Under the pieces are notes generated by a model. The model did no database searches. It was not told the origin of the DNA and was given only the letters and a program-made list of their open reading frames with translations. From assembly GCA_964035545.1 (NCBI GenBank), contig OZ037768.1, positions 22,911,319 through 22,975,318 on the forward strand: DNA of 64,000 nt, in the 5' to 3' direction. Shown here one piece after another: positions 27,976 to 37,631 of the stretch; position 1 is the first letter of the stretch, and each line of letters opens with the position of its first letter. The position numbers and the translations under genes were made by a program. The DNA comes from Bugula neritina (taxonomy: Eukaryota > Animalia > Bryozoa).

Positions 27976-28269
27976 CACTTAAGTATACTACTACTACTGC
28001 ACTGCCGCCGGCGGCGGTACCGGTGGTAGTACTACCAGTACCACCACTCCCAGTACCACCAAGGGAACAATCCTTGCAAGACTAATTTACACACAGAATA
28101 ATCTAAACATTGACAGGTTAACTTACCTGTACTAATAAACAATATTGCAACACACACTGCAACCAACTTATGGACTATTGTATGCATTTTACTTTCTGAC
28201 CAACCGTAAACATATGAGGCATGCCGCTTCTGCTACCTAGTGGTCTAGCATGATCGTAATCTGGAGGTA

Positions 28270-28395
28270 ACCACTACCAATACCACCACTACCAGTACCA
28301 CCACTACCAGTACCAGTACTACCAGTGCCGGTACTACTAGTACCAATACTACTAGTAGCAATACTACTAGTACCAATACTACTAGTACTAATACT
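28270..28395. repeat. (ACT/ACC/AGT)n low-complexity tract at start of probable TUSC2 intron 1
   Basis: Follows GAG|GTAACC at 28266/28267. Confidence 0.8.
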
Positions 28396-29270
28396 TAGTG
28401 ATATTATATAAGGTATAACTATAAGTAAAAGTAGCAGGTTTTAATATTTTAATTAAAGTTAAATTTGACTCATAATAATACCAATATTAGTAATTTATAT
28501 GAGTATTTGTGTTGGTGCTCATGCTGATCTTAAAGTTGCTGTATATTTAGTCATATAGATATTATATGGCATGTTATATAAGTGTTGTTATAGTTACACT
28601 ATTGCCTCTTTTTACAGAATACAAAATACCAAACTAGTAGGCTGGTACATAGCAATATGTACACACGAAGGACATTACAAAAATTCTTAGCTTTTTTATT
28701 TGTTTTCAAGTTCCTAACTTGTATGAAAGTCTATAGTAGTGATTATAATGTAACTTTTTGCAGTTGCCTTCAATATTAAATAACAGTTTATTTAGTGTAC
28801 GCATGCTGTCATATAATTTTCCAGTGCATGCAGTACCATGGAATTGTTCATTAGTGCTTAAGTCGTTTAGCCATTTATACTGGCTTACATAACGTCTAAC
28901 TTAAAATAGAGCTATGAATTCTGTATAGTAGTTAGTACTCTGTTTATTTCATCTTCTTCTACGCTTAAAATAAAATATTTATCTTGACGCAGTGTACTAT
29001 AAAATTACTGGAGTTGTGTACTCAATTAGTTGTTTGATGTCTCGCTGACAAAAAAGCCAAAAAAAATAATTGTTTATGTATTTCTAATAAAATTACTAGC
29101 CTATGAAGATATATTTTGTGTTTTTTTTCACTTTTAATTTGTGGGAAAGTTTTCATTTAGAGTCCCGTGTTATTGGCATCTTTGTCTTTATTTGACATTA
29201 AAAAAGTATATCGAATGATGTAATATCATGAAATTAACAACTGTAGTATTGGCTGTTCATGTGTAGAGTC

Positions 29271-32200
29271 ATGGGGCAGACAACTTCAAATATAGTGAAG
29301 AAAGTAAATCAATGGGCAACAGGAGACAACTCTGTATCAGAAGGTGCTACTTCATCACAATGTATAGCCAGAGCCACGTTCAATCCATTTGTATATAAAA
29401 GGAAAAGGTATAATAATATAGCTATTCTTTATGCTGGTAGTTGTAGTTAATTTCAAGTTCCATAAAAATCCAATTACGATTGAAATGAAATTTTTACTAA
29501 TACTCATGCTTTCTGTGGTACAGAATCTTGTAGGATTTTTATAACCAAATTAAGTGTTTTAGCATAAGCCATAACTAGAAGAGCCATCTGCCTCATATGT
29601 TTGTTGCCATTTTACAGCTGATCAACTTTATATTATTTTGCTTAAATTTCCTATTTTTGTAATGCAGCTCACACAGTTTATATATTATAAGATACAAGAA
29701 ATCATATTATTTTTTGCTGTTCATTTGGTCTTTCTGTAGAAAGATTGTGTTTACTTAAGGCTTTCTCTAACTTTCAGTCAGCTGTACATAGATGGTGATG
29801 GTGACATAGCCCATGAATTCTACGAACAGGAAAAAGTTATGTACAAATCTAAAAATGGGAAGAAAAAGCGATCGAGAATTATTATGAAAAAAGTTCCAAA
29901 TACTCAACTAACACCCCTGGTATGTTTTATCACTTGTTGTTCACTTCGGAGTTGTCATTCCAGACAGCAAGTACATGTAGCTCTGATACTGCCTGTGAAC
30001 ATGCTGTTATTATTCTATCATCCGCGTTAGATCAATATCATCAATACTAAATATTGGTTCTTCCCCCACAATTGTTGCTCAATTTTACTCTTCAAATATT
30101 GTATTTACGAGGCAAATTAAGTCATGTATCAGATGTGTGTGTATCAGATGTGTACGTATTATTAGGAAAACTTGTATGGGGGTTCAAAATGCAAAAAATA
30201 TTTTGGTGTTGTCTTTCCCTGTATAAATTCAAATATTCTATAACAACTCTAAAAGGTAGATCAAAGTGGAGACAACTAAAGTTATCTTTTCTTAAGTTAT
30301 TGCAGTGAATAAAAAGTTAGTTATTTTTAGTATTTAATAATAGGCCGAAATTGTAGTGCAGTAAAGCAGCTAATTCATTAGAATAATCTAGAAATTGTGT
30401 CAGATTATAGTTGTAGTAGTGTGTGGAGTGTAGTGCAAGGGGTTGGTGGGTTTATGAGGGGTGTAAAGGGGTTGCTATAGTGTAAAGCATTAGATGCCTA
30501 TAACTTTGACTCCAACTTTCCATTATACTGAGCTGCAAAAAGTCCATATGATAAAAAGTTTCATCATATTTACTGTAAACTTTTCGGTGTAAATTATACA
30601 TTTCTGATTGATTTTTAATAGGAAATTTAAATCATATATTTGCTTATAATGGCAATGTGAGTGTAGAGTCAAGTGTTTGCATTGATTTGTATGCTAAATA
30701 CCCGCCACCTTTGATGTATACAGCATAATAGGCTATGCGGTGTGTTATGATCAGCTACGCTGACCGACAATATTGATTGACTATAAGTCACTTGCCCACT
30801 CAGTATTAATTTCACTTGAGGCACATTCTAACTAGAAGAGATATTCTAATTTTAATTACCTTTTTCGTTATGTTTTTAGTAATCTAAATTATTTGAAGAA
30901 AAGTTGAATCTCTCTCAATAGTTATATAATTGTTAGTGTAGGTTGTAGGATATAAATACTCGCTGCCAGGCTGACTTAATCTTGAAATCAGTTGGATAAA
31001 CTTTTAAAATAGGACTTGTTTTATGCTTTCGATTTTTTAGGTATAATATTTCTTACTTGACAACAAATGTTGTATTATTTGGCCTGCCTAACACATGACA
31101 TATTGAGTAATATGGACAATGGAATGGCTACACATGCGGCAGTGCTAGATTTCTCTAAGGCCTTTGATTTAGTTCCCCATCATCTGTTGATTCAGAAACT
31201 TATTGAGTACAAAGTAAATCCTCTTTTAGTAAAATGGATATCCTCGTTTCTAACCAGTCGTTTTCAGAGAGTGGTGATTAAAGGCCACAAATCTGATGCT
31301 GTAGCTGTTACTTCAGGTGTCCCTCAAGGTAGCGTTTTAGGGCCTGCACTTTTCACACTTTTCATTAATGACATCACTAAATGTGTAAAATACTGCACTG
31401 TAAGGCTCTTCGCGGATGACACTATACTATATACGCATATATCTAAAGACAAAGACAAGGAAAATTTGCAAAATGACCTTAACGCTCTACACAACTGGAG
31501 TATTAAAAACTCCATGAAATTCAATGCAACAAAAAGCAACATCATTGTGTTTGATAAAAGCCCTAAACCTATAACGCACACTTATTATTTGAGCAACGAA
31601 CAATTAGTACAAAGTAGCTGTGTAAAATACCTAGGAATCTATTTGGTACATGATCTAAAGTGGGATTATCACATAAACTCAGTAGTCAATAAAGCAATGC
31701 GTATTTTAGGATTAATCAAAAATGTACTCTATGATGCTCCAGTTAAAGTTAAGCTCATAGCATACACTACCCTGTGTAGACCGCTTCTAGAGTATGCCTG
31801 CGAAATTTGGGATCCTGCACATCTCATGCTAAGCAACAATCTAGAGAAAGTTCAAAACAAGGCAGTACGTTTTGTAAAAAACTTAAAAGGCTGGGATGTC
31901 TCAGTGACCGAATCCAAGGCGGAGTTAAACTTAAAGGCTTTAAATAAATCCAGACAAGAACACAGATTCACACTTGTCACAAATTCTGAGTGTACATATA
32001 TAAATAGACTTACCGGGTTTTTCCTAATGATTATACAGGAATGTTAATAAATATTCTAGACTAATCAAAGAGATGGGTCATTGTTCATTGTTACTGTTTT
32101 GGTTAGTCATGTTAACTACTGCCCAGCAATGTAAACAAGGTATTGCGCAATAATTGCGAAATAACCATGGAAATTCCAATGTTTTGTTTTGTTTTGATTT

Positions 32201-35200
32201 TCTATAAATAGTATTGGCATGTGGGGAATGTTTTCTACTAGAATCTTCTATACTGGAATGCTTGAGAATGTTCTAGAGTGTTTTGTTTACTATAAATACT
32301 GAGGCAGTTGTGTTTACGAAGCAGTTCATTCTCGCAGTTCCTTTTTATAAGTTCATTCTTGGAGTTCATTTTAATACATTCATCTGTGCATATCTTACTA
32401 GAGAAATAAAGTATACTTATATCCACAACTCTATTTATTCACAACTGGATTAGCAAGCTGTATACTACTTGTCTACACACTTCTGACTACCAGACTTTTC
32501 GAACTCGTCACACTGCTACCAACAGTTTTGTGACAATTGGGGGCTGCTCCGGGAAGTCTCAGTCGCACACAGGGAAGTTATTAGTTACAACGTGAGTATA
32601 CACAGGATTAATTAACAGTTGTTGAGACATTATGGCGTTGTTGGAGAGAGTGACACAGATGGGTAAAGACCTTGGGTTGGTGGAGGACAAGCTCATAGCT
32701 TTTGTTGAAAAGAACCTACCCATTGTTGCTGCACAAGAAGAAAAAGAAAAGGACCGAGAGGAACGTAGATTAGAGCGTGAGGCAGAAAAGATCAGGCAAG
32801 AGAATGAGAAAGCCTTAATGGAGATGAAGATAAAAGCTGATCAGGAGGCAATGGCATTCAAGGTTAAAGCTGATCAGGAGGCAATGGCACTCAAGGTTAA
32901 AGCTGACCAGGAGGCAGAAGAGAGAAGACAACGACATGAATTAGATATGGAAAAGCTGAAAGCTGACACAAGTTTGGAGCACTCAAGACATGAGAGCACC
33001 AGGTTAGAAATAGCTAACAAACCAAAACCAAAAATACCATTCTTTGATGAGAAGGTGGACGAAATGGATAGCTATTTAGAGCGGTTCGAGTGGGTTGCCG
33101 AAGGATGTAACTGGGACAAGGGAGATTGGCCCTACCATCTCAGTCAGTACCTAAGGGGTACGGCAACAGAAGCTTACATCCGGTTGTCACCTACCGATCG
33201 TAGAGATTATAAAAAAGTCAAAGAAGCCTTATTGGAGCGCTTTAACTTGACTCAAGAGGGCTACAGAAAAAAGCTCAGAGAGGCAGAAGCTTACGAGGAT
33301 GAAACTCCTGCCCAACTGTTCACTAGGATAGAAAGTTATGTGCACAAGTGGGTGGAACTTTCAGGGGGCATGGACATAGCCAAACTAGTGGCGACTGAAC
33401 AATTTATATCATCATGCCCAGACGACCTAGCTGTGCATTTAAAGCAAAGTTCCTACAACAGCAGTGAGGATATGTGTGATGCAGCGTCACTGTTCTTGCA
33501 CGCTCGTGGAAGGAAACTAGCAAAGACAAAGAAAACCAATACAAAAAGGATGGAAAACGCGCCTGCCGATAGCATGGATGCTGAACAAGGAAGTAAAAGC
33601 GATGGTGCATGCTTCATCTGCAAAGATAAGTCGCACATTGCTCGTAACTGCCCACGGCAAGGGAAGAAGCACTGTTCACATTGCAAGATGAACAACCACA
33701 ATACTTCAGACTGCAGAAAGTATGGTGGGAGGTCAGTGCATGCTGCTGCTGCAATAGCGACTACTCAGAATAAGACTGTGGTCACAGATCCAGGAATCTC
33801 ATCTAAAGTGGAAGAACCTACGGAAATCACAGTTAATGGTAAAAAGTTTGTCAACGCTGCTGTCTGCAAGAATGGACCTAAATTCAAAGATGGGGGCACA
33901 GCAATATTTGATGCGGAAGTTAATGGCCAACCAGCTACTGTAATGCGCGACACCGGCTGTGGTTGCATTGTAGTCAATGCAAAGTATGTGCAACCTCAAC
34001 ACTTAACTGGAGAATCAGTCTATTTGAATATGGCTGATGCAAGTGTTAGGGAGGCTCAGTGGGCACTTATCTCAGTGCGCTCACCATTTTACAATGGTGT
34101 CATCGAAGCTGCAGTAATGGACAAGACGATTTGTGACCTGCTTATTGGGAATGTGGATGGAGCGAGATCAGCTGATCAGCCGCTGGAAAACTGGAAGGAC
34201 TGCGCCGTAACCACAGGAGCTCAAGCTGTCAAGGAAAAGTCAGGAGACAAACCACTGATGATTGATTCAAATGCTAACCCATTAAGTATAGGGAAAGATG
34301 AGATAGCCAGACTGCAGAGGGATGACCCCACATTGGAACGTTTCTTCGATGCAAAAGAAGTAAAGGAGAAAAAGGGATGCACCACTAGGTTTGTGGTGAG
34401 GAATAAGATTCTGTACCGTGAGTACACCGACTCGAAGTCTGCCAGTGTAAAACCTGTTAAACAACTCATGGTACCCAGTTCACTGAGGAAGGAAGTTCTA
34501 CAGAAAGCTCATGACTGCATAATGAGCGGACACCTAGGAGTAAAGAAAACCACTGATAGAGTGCTTTCCAACTTCTTCTGGCCAGGACTAAATGGAGATG
34601 TCGTACGTTTCTGTCAATCATGTGACATTTGCCAGAAGACGGTAAAAAAAGGCTCAGTCATGAAAGTTCCAGTACAGGAAACTCCACTAATTGACACCCC
34701 ATTCAAGAGATGTGCAATAGACCTAATCGGACCAATTAACCCTCCAAGTGAGAAAGGACACCGCTACATCCTAACTTTAGTTGACTATGCTACAAGATAC
34801 CCTGAAGCTACACCATTGAAGAACATTGACTCAGCTACTGTAGCTGAAGCGCTGCTTGACATGTACAGTCGTGTTGGGATACCAGAGGAGGTGATAAGCG
34901 ACCAAGGAACTCAATTCATCTCGGACTACATGAAAGAGTTTACCAGATTACTTGACATGCGACAACTTCCTACTTCACCATACCATGCAATGGCCAATGG
35001 ACTTGTGGAAAAGTTCAACGGAACCCTCAAGAGTATGTTAAAAAAGTTGTGTGCTAAAGAGCCAAGACAGTGGCATCGATTCATCAATGCGGCTCTATTT
35101 GCATATAGAGAAGTCCCACAGGAATCAACAGGCTTCGCCCCATTCGAGTTACTCTATGGAAGAACTGTACGTGGACCAATGTACATCCTGCGACAACTTT

Positions 35201-37631
35201 GGACAAAGGAAGACACTGCCGATGAAGTCAAGACCTGCTATCAACATGTTTTTGAATTGAGAGAGCGTTTAGATGACATGATGGAAATGGCACTAGCTTC
35301 GCTAAAAGACAGTCAAAAAAGATACAAACACTATTTTGGCAAGAAAGCTAAGCAGAGAGACTTCAAACCTGGTGACAAAGTGCTCATTCTTCTACCTACG
35401 GATGGAAATAAATTGCTGATGCATTGGCAAGGACCATTCAATATTGAGGAGAAAGTCAGACTGAATGACTACATTATCAACATTAGAGGCAAGAGGAGAA
35501 CATACCATGCCAACATGCTGAAGAAATACTTTGAACGGGAGACGCCTACCGACTCTATGATTGCTGGAGCTGTGAGGACTCTAGATGCTGCTGGTGCTGG
35601 AATTATTGATCACGATAAGGAAAGAGAAGAAAGCCAAGATGATTTGTTGGACCTGTACAGTAAGAAACAGCAGAATGATGAGATGGGCTATGTATTTACA
35701 GAACTTCAGAATCAAGGTGGAGTCAATCAAAGGAAAGGACAATGTTGGAGCCGATTATCTAAGCCGAATTGACTCAGAATTTTAAGTAGTTAGGAGAAAT
35801 GATCAAGATAATTTCTCTTAGAATGGGGGGTTGTCACAAATTCTGAGTGTACATATATAAATAGACTTACCGGGTTTTTCCTAATGATTATACAGGAATG
35901 TTAATAAATATTCTAGACTAATCAAAGAGATGGGTCATTGTTCATTGTTACTGTTTTGGTTAGTCATGTTAACTACTGCCCAGCAATGTAAACAAGGTAT
36001 TGCGCAATAATTGCGAAATAACCATGGAAATTCCAATGTTTTGTTTTGTTTTGATTTTCTATAAATAGTATTGGCATGTGGGGAATGTTTTCTACTAGAA
36101 TCTTCTATACTGGAATGCTTGAGAATGTTCTAGAGTGTTTTGTTTACTATAAATACTGAGGCAGTTGTGTTTACGAAGCAGTTCATTCTCGCAGTTCCTT
36201 TTTATAAGTTCATTCTTGGAGTTCATTTTAATACATTCATCTGTGCATATCTTACTAGAGAAATAAAGTATACTTATATCCACAACTCTATTTATTCACA
36301 ACTGGATTAGCAAGCTGTATACTACTTGTCTACACACTTCTGACTACCAGACTTTTCGAACTCGTCACACTGCTACCAACAGTTTTGTGACAACACTATT
36401 CTTCAAAGTGTTGCAGCATGAAGCATTTTTCCCTAACCTAATTAACACTCTTAACTCCATGAAATCTCTCCGTAATACCAATATTGGGGACAGTAACTCT
36501 TTTAATTCAATATCCTGTAATACTAATAATTTCCTGCATAGCTTCCTCATTAGAACAGCCCGTGAACTACGCACGGGAGAAACACTAGCAGACTAATAAA
36601 AAAAGACCTGAACATCCGATAGTTCCACCTTTCCCCTATTTGGGGTCTTGGAACTAAATCAAGACAAGACAAGACAAGACATTTGTCTCCCCCTAAAAAT
36701 GACTTTCAAGTGATATTTTTATTTCCCTTCTCATTGAGTCACTGCTAAAAGTACCTCTGTGGCCAAAGAGGTTTGCATCGAGAAAATTTGTAAGCTTGGT
36801 CAAAAGTGTCTCAAGTGCTAGCTTTGCACTAAAATAAGGGAGTGAAAGTTTTGAGTTTCTTGCAGCCATGCTTTTGAGATAGAATTAATAACAATAGTAA
36901 AATTTTGAATGAGAAGCAAGTTGGGTATTTTTAGTATTTGCAATATTTTCTATAAAATTGCCAGTCAGTAAATATTGTGCATTTGAATTCACTTCTTTCT
37001 GTATAGTTTTGAAAATGTATTTTCTCCTCAAAAAATATTTGTGTTGTATAGGTCATGTATATTCTGATGTGGGCAGTTTCTTCACAACATATTTTTGATA
37101 TATCATAAATTTATTTCCAATCTTATCAACTTAGCTCTCAAAGCCTGTTGCAAAAATGTTTACATAATTTAAAACTATATTTTTAGCTTGGAATTTATCC
37201 CCCTTTGCAAATGCTGACCTTAATGATAAAATACCTGCAATAGGCAGCCTGGAACTGATGCTATTACTTTGTTACTTGAATATGCAGTGCTTTTGTATGC
37301 AGTGAATTAATTTATGACACTGATTGGCTGAATGATAAGCTAGTACTACATTTGTTTGTAAATACACATTAACAACAGTATACTGGTACTGTTTGCCACT
37401 AGTTGGAATTGAGTGCCCATAGCTAACCTATATTCCATACTTTGTTTAAACATGATGACTCACTAGTAGATCTCTACTTAATTTTGAAACAGTTTGTAGC
37501 TGGTAGACTAAGTTTTGTAATGAATATTGCTTTTTTTGCCGTAGGGCATGGAAGACCTCCCCTACCCGTCTATAAATGTGAACTATCCCCATATAATATG
37601 CGATGCATCAATTCTCTCTCCCCCAACTTAA
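29271..37631 (+). CDS. TUSC2: tumor suppressor candidate 2 (FUS1) orthologue, 121 aa
   Basis: Exons 29271-29407, 29778-29919, 37545-37631 (366 nt). MGQTTS myristoylation-type start, NPFVYKRKS, YIDGDGDIAHEFYEQ, KNGKKK and GMEDLPYPSINVNYPHII align with the TUSC2 motifs PFVFTRRGS, DEDGDLAHEFYEE and PRIHVDFPVIL. Confidence 0.9.
31067..31974 (+). pseudogene. LINE reverse transcriptase fragment (5'-truncated, interrupted)
   Basis: ORF 31067-32047 carries RT domains; its last ~24 codons are LTR read-through. Confidence 0.9.
31975..32535 (+). repeat. 5' LTR
   Basis: TGTCACAAA...TTTGTGACA; TATAAATA near 32291 and AATAAA near 32405; no differences from the 3' LTR seen by eye. Confidence 0.97.
32538..32554 (+). 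other. primer-binding site, tRNA-Pro-like
   Basis: TGGGGGCTGCTCCGGGA 2 nt after the LTR, versus the canonical tRNA-Pro complement TGGGGGCTCGTCCGGGA. Confidence 0.8.
32632..35772 (+). CDS. retrotransposon polyprotein Gag (two CCHC knuckles) - aspartic protease - integrase, 1046 aa
   Basis: CFICKDKSHIARNC, CSHCKMNNHNTSDC, protease MRDTGC, integrase HHCC (AHD..GHLG..CDIC), DDE core (IDLIGP, SDQGTQF, NGLVEKFN) and GPF motif. No YxDD RT domain. Confidence 0.95.
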   Translation: MALLERVTQMGKDLGLVEDKLIAFVEKNLPIVAAQEEKEKDREERRLEREAEKIRQENEKALMEMKIKADQEAMAFKVKADQEAMALKVKADQEAEERRQRHELDMEKLKADTSLEHSRHESTRLEIANKPKPKIPFFDEKVDEMDSYLERFEWVAEGCNWDKGDWPYHLSQYLRGTATEAYIRLSPTDRRDYKKVKEALLERFNLTQEGYRKKLREAEAYEDETPAQLFTRIESYVHKWVELSGGMDIAKLVATEQFISSCPDDLAVHLKQSSYNSSEDMCDAASLFLHARGRKLAKTKKTNTKRMENAPADSMDAEQGSKSDGACFICKDKSHIARNCPRQGKKHCSHCKMNNHNTSDCRKYGGRSVHAAAAIATTQNKTVVTDPGISSKVEEPTEITVNGKKFVNAAVCKNGPKFKDGGTAIFDAEVNGQPATVMRDTGCGCIVVNAKYVQPQHLTGESVYLNMADASVREAQWALISVRSPFYNGVIEAAVMDKTICDLLIGNVDGARSADQPLENWKDCAVTTGAQAVKEKSGDKPLMIDSNANPLSIGKDEIARLQRDDPTLERFFDAKEVKEKKGCTTRFVVRNKILYREYTDSKSASVKPVKQLMVPSSLRKEVLQKAHDCIMSGHLGVKKTTDRVLSNFFWPGLNGDVVRFCQSCDICQKTVKKGSVMKVPVQETPLIDTPFKRCAIDLIGPINPPSEKGHRYILTLVDYATRYPEATPLKNIDSATVAEALLDMYSRVGIPEEVISDQGTQFISDYMKEFTRLLDMRQLPTSPYHAMANGLVEKFNGTLKSMLKKLCAKEPRQWHRFINAALFAYREVPQESTGFAPFELLYGRTVRGPMYILRQLWTKEDTADEVKTCYQHVFELRERLDDMMEMALASLKDSQKRYKHYFGKKAKQRDFKPGDKVLILLPTDGNKLLMHWQGPFNIEEKVRLNDYIINIRGKRRTYHANMLKKYFERETPTDSMIAGAVRTLDAAGAGIIDHDKEREESQDDLLDLYSKKQQNDEMGYVFTELQNQGGVNQRKGQCWSRLSKPN
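35657..35785 (+). pseudogene. out-of-frame C-terminal remnant of LTR-type RNase H
   Basis: NSRMMRWAMYLQNFRIKVESIKGKDNVGADYLSR matches the R..RW...LQ...GK.N..AD.LSR end of Gypsy RNase H. Confidence 0.88.
35832..36392 (+). repeat. 3' LTR
   Basis: Copy of 31975-32535 at offset 3857, preceded by the polypurine tract. Confidence 0.97.

Larger units (their letters stand above)
31975..36392 (+). mobile_element. Gypsy/Gmr1-like LTR retrotransposon lacking RT, 4418 bp
   Basis: Two 561-bp LTRs, TG...CA ends with 9-bp inverted termini, TSD ACACT (31970-31974 / 36393-36397), tRNA-Pro-like PBS, PPT AGAATGGGGGG at 35820-35830, single Gag-PR-IN ORF. Confidence 0.97.
31079..36681 (+). mobile_element. 5'-truncated non-LTR retrotransposon (LINE, CR1/L2-group-like) split by an LTR element; LINE parts 31079-31974 and 36393-36681
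   Basis: RT motifs LDFSKAFD, SGVPQGSVLGP, LFADD, KYLGI. The ORF resumes in frame after the insertion (HRFTL/FFKVLQ... stop 36596), followed by a short 3' UTR stem-loop at 36621-36655 and an (AAGAC)4 tail at 36661-36680. Confidence 0.93.

Noticed and set aside
32238-32426. duplicated 62-aa minus-strand ORF (again at 36095-36283)
   Set aside because: Lies inside the two LTRs; no coding evidence.
35585-35785. programmed frameshift producing a pol extension
   Set aside because: Only the last ~40 residues of RNase H remain; a deletion junction explains it.
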